From: Candidatus Krumholzibacteriota bacterium
GTDB lineage: Bacteria; Krumholzibacteriota; Krumholzibacteriia; JAJRXK01
Direction of reading: 5' to 3'
NCBI GenBank assembly: GCA_963806035.1
Contig: CAWDWO010000032.1
Span: forward strand, 1-64,000
Length of the DNA: 64,000 bases
The position numbers and the translations under genes are program-made. How positions within the stretch are numbered: position 1 is the first letter of the stretch; each line of letters starts with the position of its first letter. Positions 17,396-27,559 of this stretch are shown piece after piece. The notes under the pieces are model-generated. The model was not told the DNA's origin, made no database searches, and saw only the letters and a program-made list of their open reading frames with translations.

Positions 17396-18052
17396 ATGAG
17401 TACAGCCATGTTCCCCGAAGACCTCGAGACTCGCCAGCGCTACAAGCTCTTGATCCAGGGCATCGCGCCGCGTCCCATCGCGCTCGTTTCCACGATCTCG
17501 CCGGATGGGCGCCTCAATCTGGCTCCCTTCTCCTTTTTCAATGGAGTGGGGAGCGATCCCATGAGTCTGCTCTTCTGCCCCGCCAACGACGCTCACGGCG
17601 AGGAAAAGGACACTCTGCGCAACTGCAAACCCAAGAGCGAGGGCGGCACCGGCGAGTTCGTGGTGAACGTCGCCGTCGATTCCATCATCCACCGCGTGGT
17701 GGGATGCGCCGAGCCACTTCCCTACGGCCAGAGCGAATTCGAGTTTGCCGGGCTGAAGCAAGTGGCGAGCACCGTGGTCACTCCACCGCGGGTGGCCGCC
17801 TCCCCCCTGGCCTTCGAATGCGAGACCCTGCAGGTGATCCGCATGAATCCTGGCGCTGCGGCGGGTGGGAACGTCGTGCTGGGCAAAGTGGTATGTATCC
17901 ATCTGGAGGATGGCCTCAGCGACGAGAATCTGCACCTGGACAAAGAGAGACTGGACTTCGTGGGGCGCATGGGCCACTACGACTACTGCCGTACCCGCGA
18001 TCGCTTTTCCCTGAAGCCGGGGCGGCCGGCGCTGGATGAACTGAAGGAGTGA
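17396..18052 (+). CDS. Flavin reductase family protein
   Basis: PRPIALVST, NLAPFSFFN, KDTLRN, GEFVVN. Confidence 0.92.
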   Translation: MSTAMFPEDLETRQRYKLLIQGIAPRPIALVSTISPDGRLNLAPFSFFNGVGSDPMSLLFCPANDAHGEEKDTLRNCKPKSEGGTGEFVVNVAVDSIIHRVVGCAEPLPYGQSEFEFAGLKQVASTVVTPPRVAASPLAFECETLQVIRMNPGAAAGGNVVLGKVVCIHLEDGLSDENLHLDKERLDFVGRMGHYDYCRTRDRFSLKPGRPALDELKE

Positions 18053-18056
18053 GACG

Positions 18057-18371
18057 ATGGCCGAAAAGAGTGGCGAGATCCCCGAAAGGACTCCTCCCGA
18101 GCCACCTCCTCCCATCCATCGCACGGCCATCAGGGCTCTCGTCTTCTCCGCGCTGGGCTTCTCCGTCATGCCGGTGGTGGGAACGATTCTCGGCTTCATC
18201 CTGGCCGCGCGCGCGCAACGCGCGCTCGATGCGGCTCCCGGCCGCTATCGCGGTGAGGATCAGATCCGCTGGGCTCGTCTTTTGGGCTATCTCGCCATGG
18301 TGCTGTGGGTAGTCGGCGTGTTCGTGGTGATGGTGGCGCGCTACTTCATGCATCACGAGCCGACGGTCTAG
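18057..18371 (+). CDS. Small membrane protein (DUF4190-like)
   Basis: Pro-rich N-terminus and hydrophobic helices with the AI..LV.S..G / GFILA / G...A..G pattern. Confidence 0.7.
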   Translation: MAEKSGEIPERTPPEPPPPIHRTAIRALVFSALGFSVMPVVGTILGFILAARAQRALDAAPGRYRGEDQIRWARLLGYLAMVLWVVGVFVVMVARYFMHHEPTV

Positions 18372-18528
18372 GCGATCTCGCTTCGTTTCGGGCTCAAAAG
18401 TCTCCTTCTTCGCGCCGATCAAGACTGAGTTCGAATTGCAGTCTCTCCGGATTTTGTATTGCCGCAGCCGCGGGTGAGGAAGCACACTCGGCGTGCTCTG
18501 CCGATTCCCTCTGATCCGGAGTTTCATC

Positions 18529-20472
18529 TTGAGTGAGATTCGCCCCTACATTCCGGCCGAGAAAAGCCTGCCGGAGCTGACTGCGGTCGCTCTGGGTCTG
18601 GGCCTGATTCTCAGCGTCATCATGTGCGCCGCCAACATCTACGTCGGACTGTACGCCGGCATGACCGTGAGCGCAGCGATTCCCGCTTCCGTCATTTCCA
18701 TGGGGGTTTTGCGCGGACTTTTGCGCCGCGGCACCATCCTGGAGAACAACGTGGTCCACACCATCGCCTCTTCGGGCGAGAGTTTGGCGGCGGGCATCAT
18801 CTTCACCGTGCCCGCGATCGTGCTCTTGGGGATCTGGCAGCATTTCAACTACTGGGAGACCACCCTCATCGCCATCGCCGGCGGAGTCATGGGCGTGGTG
18901 ATGATGATTCCACTGCGCCGTCCGATGATCATCGAGCAACCCGAGCTCGTGTTTCCCGAGGGCGTGGCCTGCGCCGAGGTGCTCAAGGCGGGCGACAAGG
19001 GCGGCAGCGAGATGCGCGGCATCTTCGCTGCTCTGGGCTGGGGCATGCTCTTCAAGGGCCTGGTTTCGGTGGTCGGGCTCTTCAAGGGCACGGTCGAAGT
19101 GGGCTTCAGGGTGTCCAAGACCGGTTTCTACCTGGGGACCGACATTTCGCCCATGCTGGCCGCGGTGGGCTTCATCGTGGGCTGGGAGGTTTCCCTGCTC
19201 GTGTTCCTGGGCGGCGCGGTGGCCTTCGTGGGCGCCCTGCCGTTCTTGGCCAACGGGATGGATTTCAGCGCCGGCACCGCCACCGTATTGATGGACGTGT
19301 GGGACGCGCAGATTCGCTACTTCGGCATCGGCGCCATGGTGGTGGCCGGGATCTACTCCATCATCAAGATCGCGCCCAGCATGGGGACCGCCCTGCGCAC
19401 CGCGATGCACGGCGTCATGGGGCTGGAAGATACTTCGAAAATGCCGCGCACCGAGCGCGGTATCACCGGCCGCACGCTTCTGACCCTGCTCGTTCTGAGC
19501 ATCGTCTTGAGCTTCGCCGTGTACTGGATGATGACCACGCATCTGAGCACGGCCGCCCTGGCCACCGTGCTCCTGTTCGTTCTGGGCTTTTTCTTCGTGG
19601 CAGTCGCGGCCTACATCGTGGGCCTGGTGGGCTCGAGCAACAGTCCCGTGTCGGGCATGACCATCTGCACCGTGCTCTTTACCGCGGGTCTGCTCCTGGC
19701 CCTGGGCTACACCGGCAAGGCGGGCATGCTCGCCACCCTGGGAGTGGCCGGCGTGGTGTGCTGCGCCACCTGCACCAGCGGTGACATCTGCCAGGACCTG
19801 AAGATCGGACACATCGTGGGGGCCACCCCGCGCGCGCTGCAGACCGGCGAGATTCTGGGGACCATCGTTCCCGCCTTCATCATCGCGCCCACCATGACCC
19901 TTCTGCAGAAGGCTTACGGAATCGGCGAGCCGGCCCGCGCCGGAGTGGAGGCCCTCAAGGCGCCGCAGGGGGTCATGTTCGAGAAATTGGTGGGGGGAAT
20001 CTTCGGCAAGGGCGAACAGATTCCCTGGAACCTGGTCGGCTACGGCGCCCTGGTCGGCGTGGCCGCCATTCTCATCGACGTGATTTTCCTCGAACCTCGC
20101 AAGACCAAGTTCCGCCTGCACGCCATGCCGCTGGCGGTGGGGATGTACCTGCCCTGGACCGTCACCTTCCCCATCATCATCGGTGGTGGCGTCTACAAGT
20201 ACGTCGAGGCGCGCACCAAGCGGCGCGGAGACGATGAGGAAATGCAGCAGAAAGCAATCCAGCGCGGCCTGCTCTTTGGCAGTGGGCTGGTGGCCGGGGA
20301 GGCGATCGCGAGCATTCTCATCGCCATCCTGATCGTGTCTCACGTACCGATGCCCTGGATGCCCCCGAGTTGGCTCGCCGGGGGCTGGTGGCTCGATCTC
20401 TTCTCCCTGGGTGGTCTGGCTGTGATGATGTGGATGCTCTTGAAGAAGTCCCTGGGGAAGTCACGCGCCTGA
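18529..20472 (+). CDS. OPT family oligopeptide transporter
   Basis: ELT, YVGLYAGMTVSAAIPA, ENN, FPEG, QDLKIG, APQ; many TM helices; TTG start with SD ggag. Confidence 0.95.
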   Translation: MSEIRPYIPAEKSLPELTAVALGLGLILSVIMCAANIYVGLYAGMTVSAAIPASVISMGVLRGLLRRGTILENNVVHTIASSGESLAAGIIFTVPAIVLLGIWQHFNYWETTLIAIAGGVMGVVMMIPLRRPMIIEQPELVFPEGVACAEVLKAGDKGGSEMRGIFAALGWGMLFKGLVSVVGLFKGTVEVGFRVSKTGFYLGTDISPMLAAVGFIVGWEVSLLVFLGGAVAFVGALPFLANGMDFSAGTATVLMDVWDAQIRYFGIGAMVVAGIYSIIKIAPSMGTALRTAMHGVMGLEDTSKMPRTERGITGRTLLTLLVLSIVLSFAVYWMMTTHLSTAALATVLLFVLGFFFVAVAAYIVGLVGSSNSPVSGMTICTVLFTAGLLLALGYTGKAGMLATLGVAGVVCCATCTSGDICQDLKIGHIVGATPRALQTGEILGTIVPAFIIAPTMTLLQKAYGIGEPARAGVEALKAPQGVMFEKLVGGIFGKGEQIPWNLVGYGALVGVAAILIDVIFLEPRKTKFRLHAMPLAVGMYLPWTVTFPIIIGGGVYKYVEARTKRRGDDEEMQQKAIQRGLLFGSGLVAGEAIASILIAILIVSHVPMPWMPPSWLAGGWWLDLFSLGGLAVMMWMLLKKSLGKSRA

Positions 20473-20512
20473 GTCCCGCGCGCCTAGCCAGCGCGCCGTG
20501 AAAGGAATCGCC

Positions 20513-21049
20513 ATGCACGCCCGTGGAGTGTCGTTCTCCGTCTGCGCCCTGATCCTGTTTTTTGCGGCCTGCGGCTCCAAGGAGGAGGATCCCCTCGAGC
20601 CTCCGCCCCATGAATACGCGGTCCAGTGGTCGATCACCGGCGATGTGGATTCCAACGCGAAGGGCGATGTCGCCGAGCTCATGGTGCCCACCGGCGGCAG
20701 CGATGCCCGCCTCAGCCTCAGTTTCGAAATGGAGGGCGGAAGCACTCTCAGCCTGAGCGGTCCGGCGGGCGATCTGGTGCTGCGCAAGGCCTCCTTCGTC
20801 GTGAACAACTCGCAACAGGACGCCTGGCACGCGCAGCTGACCATGCGTTCGGCGGACGCGCGCCAGGATTTTCGAGCGGACGACAGCGACGGGCTCATGG
20901 TCTTCACCAAGGTCAATCCGGCCCAGGTGGAGGGCACCCTCAATTTCCCCGCGCGCGAGACCGACGAGTCCGGGGTCGATCTCCCGCAGGGCAAGCACGT
21001 CACGGTGGCGGCCATCTTCTCCGCGCAGGTGAAGTCCGTACAGCCCTGA
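20513..21049 (+). CDS. Hypothetical lipoprotein
   Basis: Lipobox FAAC; SD aaagga. Confidence 0.75.
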   Translation: MHARGVSFSVCALILFFAACGSKEEDPLEPPPHEYAVQWSITGDVDSNAKGDVAELMVPTGGSDARLSLSFEMEGGSTLSLSGPAGDLVLRKASFVVNNSQQDAWHAQLTMRSADARQDFRADDSDGLMVFTKVNPAQVEGTLNFPARETDESGVDLPQGKHVTVAAIFSAQVKSVQP

Positions 21050-21060
21050 AGCGCGCGGCG

Positions 21061-21128
21061 CGGCACCCCGGGGCCGAGCGCCCACGGCACCCCGGGGCTG
21101 AGTCCACGGCACCCCGGGGCCGAGTCCA
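21061..21128. repeat. Three tandem cggcaccccggggc(c/t)gag units
   Basis: Copies at 21061, 21085 and 21107. Confidence 0.8.
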
Positions 21129-21246
21129 TGGGGCCCTCAGAAGCGCGCGGCAGGGGCGCCGGTTGACCCTGCGCCGCGCCGGACCTATTCTACCGGCCAC
21201 CTACCTTGCCACTTGCGTCGCACCCATCCGCGGGAGCTGGGCTCCG

Positions 21247-22707
21247 ATGAGCGAAAGAATCCAGGGTGAGGGACTCACCTTCGACGACGTCCTGCTGGTA
21301 CCGCGCTACAGCGAAGTGCTACCACGCGAAACAAAAGTGCAAACCCAACTCACCCGGCAGATCTCCCTGGAGATCCCCCTGGTCTCGGCCGCCATGGACA
21401 CCGTGACCGAGGCGGAGATGGCCATCGCCATGGCCCGCCAGGGCGGACTGGGCTTCATCCACAAGAACATGAGCCCGCAGGAGCAGGCCAATCAGGTCGA
21501 TCTGGTCAAGCGCAGCGAGAGCGGCATGATCAGCCAGCCCATCACCCTGAGCCCCGAAGACCAGGTGACGCAGGCCCTTCAGGTCATGCGCAAATTCCGC
21601 ATTTCGGGAGTGCCCATCACCCGCGCCGGCAAGCTGGTGGGCATTCTCACCAACCGGGATCTGCGCTTCTTGGAGGATCCTCACCAGCCGATCGAGGCGG
21701 TGATGACGCGCGAAAATCTGATCACCGCGCCGGTGGGCACCACCCTCGAGGAGGCCGCGCGCATCCTGCACCAGGGCCGCATCGAGAAGCTGCCGGTGGT
21801 CGACGAGGAGGGGATGCTGTGCGGGCTCATCACCATCAAGGACATCCAGAAGAAGCTGGACTACCCCAACAGCTGCAAGGACGAGCACGGGCGTCTGCGG
21901 GCCGGCGCCGCGGTCGGGGCCGACCCTTTGCTCGAAGAGCGGCTGGAACGGCTCGTGGAACGGGGAGTGGACGTGATCACCCTCGACTCCGCGCATGGAC
22001 ACAGCCGCAACATTCTGCAGGCCGCGCGCCTCATCAAGAAACAGTACCCGGAGCTGCCGCTCGTGGTGGGCAACATCGCGACCCAGGAGGCCGCCCGCGC
22101 CCTGCTGGACACCGGCTGCGACGCGGTGAAGGTGGGCATGGGACCGGGCAGCATCTGCACCACGCGGGTGGTGGCCGGGATCGGAGTGCCCCAGATCAGC
22201 GCCATCTGGGAAGTGGCGAAGGTCTGCGGCGAGGCCGGCATTCCCCTCATCGCGGACGGGGGCATCAAGTACAGCGGAGACATCGTGAAGGCCCTGGCCG
22301 CCGGGGCCAATTGCGTGATGGTGGGGGGTCTTTTGGCCGGAACCCAGGAGAGCCCGGGTGAGCTGATTCTCTACGAGGGCCGCAGCTACAAGATCTACCG
22401 CGGCATGGGCTCGGTGGGGGCGATGCAGCAGGGATCGGGCGACCGCTACTTCCAGGACGAGACCGAGCCGGCCAAACTGGTGCCCGAGGGAATTGAGGGG
22501 CGGGTGGCCTTCAAGGGCCCCCTCAAGGACACGGTGCACCAATTGATGGGCGGATTGCGCGCTGGAATGGGCTATTGCGGGGCAAAAGATTTGGAGACCT
22601 TAAAATCAGATACGACATTCCTAAGGGTGAGCCCGGCCGGACTGAGGGAAAGTCATCCCCACGACGTCCAGGTCACCAAAGGAGCCCCCAACTATCCCTC
22701 GGCCTGA
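21247..22707 (+). CDS. guaB: IMP dehydrogenase
   Basis: [19 protein letters not shown] pair, [22 protein letters not shown]. Confidence 0.98.
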   Translation: MSERIQGEGLTFDDVLLVPRYSEVLPRETKVQTQLTRQISLEIPLVSAAMDTVTEAEMAIAMARQGGLGFIHKNMSPQEQANQVDLVKRSESGMISQPITLSPEDQVTQALQVMRKFRISGVPITRAGKLVGILTNRDLRFLEDPHQPIEAVMTRENLITAPVGTTLEEAARILHQGRIEKLPVVDEEGMLCGLITIKDIQKKLDYPNSCKDEHGRLRAGAAVGADPLLEERLERLVERGVDVITLDSAHGHSRNILQAARLIKKQYPELPLVVGNIATQEAARALLDTGCDAVKVGMGPGSICTTRVVAGIGVPQISAIWEVAKVCGEAGIPLIADGGIKYSGDIVKALAAGANCVMVGGLLAGTQESPGELILYEGRSYKIYRGMGSVGAMQQGSGDRYFQDETEPAKLVPEGIEGRVAFKGPLKDTVHQLMGGLRAGMGYCGAKDLETLKSDTTFLRVSPAGLRESHPHDVQVTKGAPNYPSA

Positions 22708-22794
22708 GCCCGTGCGCGCGGCTCAGCCCGCGCAAGTTTCGGGCGGAGGCGGATAGTCGGTTCGAATCTGGGTCTTCATTGAGGATGGACTGCC

Positions 22795-23391
22795 ATGGAT
22801 CAAGCCAAGAAACACGACGAAAAATCGCGCGTGGTATTGAGCGGTGCCGCCAAGGTGTTCAGCGAAAAGGGATATCATCACGCCTCGATGCGCGACATCG
22901 CCAAGGTCACCGGCATGTCGTTGGCCGGGATGTATCACTATTTTTCCGGCAAGGAGGAGATCCTCTTCTCCATCCAGAGTTTCTGCTTTCGTGAAGTGCT
23001 GGATCGTCTCAAGGAACGGCTCGCCGGTGTCAGCGATCCCCGGCGTCAGCTCGAGGAGATCGTGCGCAATCACCTGGAGTTCTTCACGCAGAACGTCACC
23101 GAAATGCGCGTGCTGAGCCACGAGGCCAACTCTCTGGATGGCGCCTACCGGCAACACATCGACGACATGAAACGCGAGTACTTCCAGATCGTGTCCAAGG
23201 TCATCGATGAATTGAGCGGAGGCGCTTGGGAGGAAGAGGAACGCCGGCGCGCCACCCTCTCCGTCTTTGGCATGATCAACTGGATCTATACCTGGTATAG
23301 CCCCCAGCGTGATGGCTCCCCCGAAGAACTCGTCCGCACGATGATGGGGATTCTCGATCACGGAATCGCGGCACAAACCACCGCGCGATGA
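22795..23391 (+). CDS. TetR family regulator (KstR2-like C-terminus)
   Basis: FSEKGYHHASMRDIAKVTGMSLAGMYHYFSGKE; FGMINWIYTWY. Confidence 0.93.
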   Translation: MDQAKKHDEKSRVVLSGAAKVFSEKGYHHASMRDIAKVTGMSLAGMYHYFSGKEEILFSIQSFCFREVLDRLKERLAGVSDPRRQLEEIVRNHLEFFTQNVTEMRVLSHEANSLDGAYRQHIDDMKREYFQIVSKVIDELSGGAWEEEERRRATLSVFGMINWIYTWYSPQRDGSPEELVRTMMGILDHGIAAQTTAR

Positions 23392-24596
23392 GACCCGAGG
23401 GAGACGGCAACACGCTGGATGAAGCGCCGACCCGTCTCCTGATTTCCCGGCTTGCCCGTGAGTGCGGTTTTTCCGCCGCCGGGGTGGCTCCCTGCGCGCT
23501 GCCGCAAGAAGAGACGCGTCTGCAGGATTGGCTCGCCAAGGATTACCACGCACAAATGGAGTGGCTCGAAAGCAGCGCCGAGGTGCGCCTGGATCTCCGT
23601 ACACGCTTTCCTTGGGCGCGATCGGTTTTGGTGGTGGCCTGCGCGTACCCCGCGCGCGTCTTGCCCCTCGGCGATGAACATGGCATCGCGCCCTTCGTGT
23701 CCAGCTACGCGCGCGGCAAGGATTACCACCACATTCTCCTGGAGCGTCTGGAGAAACTCGGCAACCGCCTGGAGTCCGCGCTCTCACCGCGTCCCCTACG
23801 GCGGCATGCCTATGTGGACACCGGTCCCGCGCTCGAACGCCAGCTCGCCGCCGCCGCGGGCCTGGGTTGGCTGGGAAAGAACGGGCTGCTCTTGAGCGCG
23901 CGCCACGGAAGCTGGGCCTTTCTCGGCGTGATGGTCTGCGACCTGGATCTGTCGGTGGGGCCGCTTCAGGAGGAGAGCGCCATGGGCTCCTGCGGCACGT
24001 GCCGCGCCTGCCAGCCCGCGTGTCCCACCGGGGCATTCGTGGCTCCGGGGGTGCTGGACAGCAACCGATGCATCAGCTACCTGACCATCGAACATCGTGG
24101 CAGCATCCCGCGCGCACTGCGAGCCGCGATGGGGGCCTGGCTCTTCGGCTGCGATCTCTGCCAGAGTTCGTGTCCCATCGCGCACCGTGCGAATCAGAGC
24201 GAGCGGGAGCCCTCCGAGGAGGATTTTACCGCGATTGGACTCGCGGTGAGCGGGATCACGCTGCCCGAACTGCTCGGCTTGAACGAGGAAGAATTTCGGC
24301 GCCGCTACAAGAGCACGCCACTGTGGCGGCCGCGGCGCGAGGGACTTTTGCGCAACGCCCTCATCGTGGCCGCCAACCTGGGGCGTTCGGATTGTCTCGA
24401 CGCGGCCCGCGCGCTCTTGGAGGATCCTTCGCCGGTGCTGCGCGAGACGGCCAGCTGGTGTCTGGCCGAGCTGGGGGAGCAAGAGGGGGCCTTTGCGCTG
24501 AAAGCGGCGTTGCAGCGCGAGAGCGAGCCCGAGCTCAAGTCCCTCATGGCGCAGGATCTCATCCGCCTGGCGGCCGGCGCGGCGCGCGGCGGTTGA
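23388..24596 (+). CDS. queG: Epoxyqueuosine reductase
   Basis: YARGKDYH, VDTGPALER, GLGWLGKN, CGTCRACQPACPT, CISYLTIE, GCDLCQ; HEAT tail. Confidence 0.96.
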   Translation: MRPEGDGNTLDEAPTRLLISRLARECGFSAAGVAPCALPQEETRLQDWLAKDYHAQMEWLESSAEVRLDLRTRFPWARSVLVVACAYPARVLPLGDEHGIAPFVSSYARGKDYHHILLERLEKLGNRLESALSPRPLRRHAYVDTGPALERQLAAAAGLGWLGKNGLLLSARHGSWAFLGVMVCDLDLSVGPLQEESAMGSCGTCRACQPACPTGAFVAPGVLDSNRCISYLTIEHRGSIPRALRAAMGAWLFGCDLCQSSCPIAHRANQSEREPSEEDFTAIGLAVSGITLPELLGLNEEEFRRRYKSTPLWRPRREGLLRNALIVAANLGRSDCLDAARALLEDPSPVLRETASWCLAELGEQEGAFALKAALQRESEPELKSLMAQDLIRLAAGAARGG

Positions 24597-24700
24597 GGGA
24601 CGAGGAAAGGGCGCGCTTCGCGCGCAGCTGTGCTACATTAGCCCGTCTTTGGAGCCCTCGAGAACGAAAACCCGAACCAGCGAAGACGAGGATCAACGGC

Positions 24701-25534
24701 GTGAGCGAGGATACCGAACAGATCCTGGGCAAGAACATCTGGGAACTGGAAAACCACATCAAGGAAGGCCAGGGCGACCCGCGCAGCCGTCTCGCGCTTC
24801 TGCGGGCCTACGCCCAGCAGACCGCGCTGAGCGAAGAAGCTCTCGGCATCGCCAGCGAGGACCGCGCGTTTCTCAAAGTGAACGAGCGCTCTCGCGCCGG
24901 CGTTTTGCTGCTGCACGGCAGCACTGGAGGGCCCAGTCAGCTGAAGAGTCTGGCCGAGGCCCTGCACCGTTCCGGATTTTCCGTCCTCTGCGCGCGCATG
25001 CCGGCCCACCCCGCGAGCGATGAAGAACTCTCCACGCACTCCTGGCGCGCGTGGCTGGTGGAAGCTGAATTGCGCTACCGCATGCTGGCCGTGTGGTGCC
25101 GTCAGCTCCACGTCATCGGTTTCAGTTTCGGCGCCTCCATCGCGCTGCAGATGAATGTCCGCCCGCGCCCGCGCTCGCTCGTTCTCCTCGCGCCGGCCAT
25201 TCACATCCATTTGGGATGGCGGGCCCGTGTCGCGCTGGCCCTGGGGCTGCACCGCAGTCGCTGGGTACGCCGCCGTCTGGGCTGGAAAGTGGAAGTGCTG
25301 GAGGGAATCGAACAGGCCCGCAAGAGCGACTGGTGGCAGAAGACTCCCCTCTACGGGGCGATCTGCCGCGACGATCCGCGCGTCGATGCGAGCAGCCTGC
25401 GGTTCCTGCGCAAGCAGTCCAGCAGCAAGGACACCGTGCTGCGTGAGTTCGAAAGCGGAGGGCACGTCTTCATGGACGGAGCCCCCAAGGAAGCGCTGCA
25501 CGAAGAAGTGTTGAAGTTCTTGAAAGAGCGCTGA
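24701..25534 (+). CDS. Alpha/beta hydrolase (carboxylesterase-like)
   Basis: LLLHG oxyanion region, GFSFG nucleophile elbow, Asp and GGH. Confidence 0.85.
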   Translation: MSEDTEQILGKNIWELENHIKEGQGDPRSRLALLRAYAQQTALSEEALGIASEDRAFLKVNERSRAGVLLLHGSTGGPSQLKSLAEALHRSGFSVLCARMPAHPASDEELSTHSWRAWLVEAELRYRMLAVWCRQLHVIGFSFGASIALQMNVRPRPRSLVLLAPAIHIHLGWRARVALALGLHRSRWVRRRLGWKVEVLEGIEQARKSDWWQKTPLYGAICRDDPRVDASSLRFLRKQSSSKDTVLREFESGGHVFMDGAPKEALHEEVLKFLKER

Positions 25535-25540
25535 GCGGCC

Positions 25541-26338
25541 TCAAGCCTGCGGCTCTTCTTCTCCCGGAATTTCAAAATGGAACGATGCGTCCGCTTCGCG
25601 CAGACGCCGTGCCGCCTGTGCCAGGGCCTCGCGATGCTCGCGATCGGGGTTCTTGCGCCACTCCGAATAACGATCGAGGAAGAGGTCGTAGAGTTCCTGG
25701 GTGGAAGTAGCGGGAGAATCCGCCTCCTCCGTGGCGCGCGCGAGGTGGTAGAGCGTCCCCTCGCCCAGCCGCCGGGTGAGCTGGAAGTAGCTCGAACGCA
25801 GATAGCGCAGCACCTCGGCATAGCGCGGAAAGCCGTCTCCCAACTTGCTGAGCGCGGTCTCGGTGCCGCTTCCGCCGCGCTTGAGGTGGCGCAGACGCGA
25901 ACTGGCGATCTGGTAGTAGAGTCCGCCGCGGCTCTCCAGTTCGCGCGGCGTTCGTTCGAGGTAGGGCCGCGCGTCCTGCCGCAGGCCCTCCACGCTCTGA
26001 AAGAGACCGATGGCCAGGAGTAGATGGTCGGCGTTCACCTTGTAGAGGCGGTAGATCTGGCGCGGGTCACCGCTCTCCTCGGCGCAGCGTCTGAGGTCCA
26101 GATCGAAGGAGTGCACGTAGAGCCGCGCCTCCTCGTGATACCCCGGCGAGAAGAAGCGGCCCAAGAGGCCCACCAGGTACACGTTGACGTCCTCGTCGAA
26201 ACCGCCCTCGTTGCTGGGGAAGGAAGCTTCGCGCCGCGCGCCCAGAAGGCAACGCAGCAGGAAGTCCTCGGTGTCCCCTTCCAGGGGCGTCCGCGAGGAC
26301 TCCGCCGTCTCGAGCAGGAGGTAACGACGTTGCACCAT
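25541..26338 (-). CDS. Conserved-looking hypothetical protein
   Basis: SD ggagga before ATG 26338; globular helical sequence. Confidence 0.75.
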   Translation of the reverse strand: MVQRRYLLLETAESSRTPLEGDTEDFLLRCLLGARREASFPSNEGGFDEDVNVYLVGLLGRFFSPGYHEEARLYVHSFDLDLRRCAEESGDPRQIYRLYKVNADHLLLAIGLFQSVEGLRQDARPYLERTPRELESRGGLYYQIASSRLRHLKRGGSGTETALSKLGDGFPRYAEVLRYLRSSYFQLTRRLGEGTLYHLARATEEADSPATSTQELYDLFLDRYSEWRKNPDREHREALAQAARRLREADASFHFEIPGEEEPQA

Positions 26339-26643
26339 GGCACTTCCTCCGGGCGGGGGGGAATCCACCGCCCTCTGAAGGCAATCTGGCAGGAGGCGTG
26401 CCAGCCGGGCAAGCGGGCGGCTGGTTTGAAGCCGCAGCGCGCCCTCGCCAGGGCGCCAGGGGTGGCCGGCGAGGGGGCTCAGAGGGGGTTAGGGCCGCAA
26501 ATGATCGATTTCGGGCGCATGCGTGGGAATTGGGCCTCTTCCTTTCCCTTCTCGCCGAAGGCTGCCGGTGGCATCCATCTTGCCTTTGATCCGGCGTCGG
26601 ACGTTCCACTTGTGCTCAGAACTATCCTTCAAGGAGATCAGCC

Positions 26644-27525
26644 GTGTCGGCGCAGAGAATCGTTGTCACCTCGCCCTGGAAGCTGGGGCTCTTCGTCTTT
26701 CTACTCGTGGCATCCTGTGGCTTCGGCCTCATCTACGCGTACTTCACCTATTTCGGAGGCCACCTGGACTTCGCGAATTCCATCGCCTTGCGGAATTTCT
26801 ACGCCGTCTGCGGTGGCGTGGCCTTCCTGGGACTTCTGGGATATCTGGCGGTGGTGACGGCCGCGCAACCGGCCAATCTCGTTGCAAATGAGGGCCGTCA
26901 ACGCCGCAATCTCATGAAGAAGGCGGCCAAGATCGACGACCCCGGCAAGGTGGATCTCGCTGCCTTCCAGGATGAGCCCACTCTGGTGGCGATTCTGGAG
27001 CGCTGGCGCGAGGATCACAAGCTCGCGGAAGCGGCGCGCGCGCAGTCCGAGGCCGCGGCGGCCCCCGCCGCCCCGAGCCCGGCCGATTCGCAAGACGCGT
27101 CATTCGCGCAAGAGACCGCTTCGGCCCAACCCCAGCCGGAAGCGGCAGCTCAGGCCACTTCTTCGGATCCTGAGGCCAACGATCTGCCCTCGCGATCGGC
27201 TGAGGACGAGCTGGCCGCCGTCCACGACGAACTCTTTCACCCCCAGCCGCAGGCACCGGCGCCCCCGGCGCCCACTCCGGCCGTCTCGGAGAGCTTCGCG
27301 GCCCCGCAGCCGGCCGCCGCGGCCGCCCCGCGTTCTGCGTCCTTCGCTTCCGCTCCCGCCGCGCCTGCCGCCGCCGGACCGGCGATCGCCGAGCCCGCGC
27401 GCGGAGAGGAAGCAGTGTATGATCTCAGCTCCTTCGGCGCGGTGGAGCTGCCGGCCAGCCCAGCGGAGGCGAGCCGCGACGAGCGCATCTATGATCTGAA
27501 TGAGTTCGGGGCCGTCGAACTCTAA
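26644..27525 (+). CDS. Two-TM membrane protein with Pro/Ala-rich linker and duplicated C-terminal YDLxxFGAVEL motif
   Basis: SD aaggag; two hydrophobic helices; motif at 27415 and 27487. Confidence 0.8.
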   Translation: MSAQRIVVTSPWKLGLFVFLLVASCGFGLIYAYFTYFGGHLDFANSIALRNFYAVCGGVAFLGLLGYLAVVTAAQPANLVANEGRQRRNLMKKAAKIDDPGKVDLAAFQDEPTLVAILERWREDHKLAEAARAQSEAAAAPAAPSPADSQDASFAQETASAQPQPEAAAQATSSDPEANDLPSRSAEDELAAVHDELFHPQPQAPAPPAPTPAVSESFAAPQPAAAAAPRSASFASAPAAPAAAGPAIAEPARGEEAVYDLSSFGAVELPASPAEASRDERIYDLNEFGAVEL

Positions 27526-27559
27526 ACAAAGGTCGCTCGACGAGGGGGGGCGGGGACCC

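Noticed and set aside
20626..21246. N-terminal extension or fusion of GuaB
   Set aside because: Overlaps the lipoprotein gene and repeats; IMPDH similarity starts at ATG 21247
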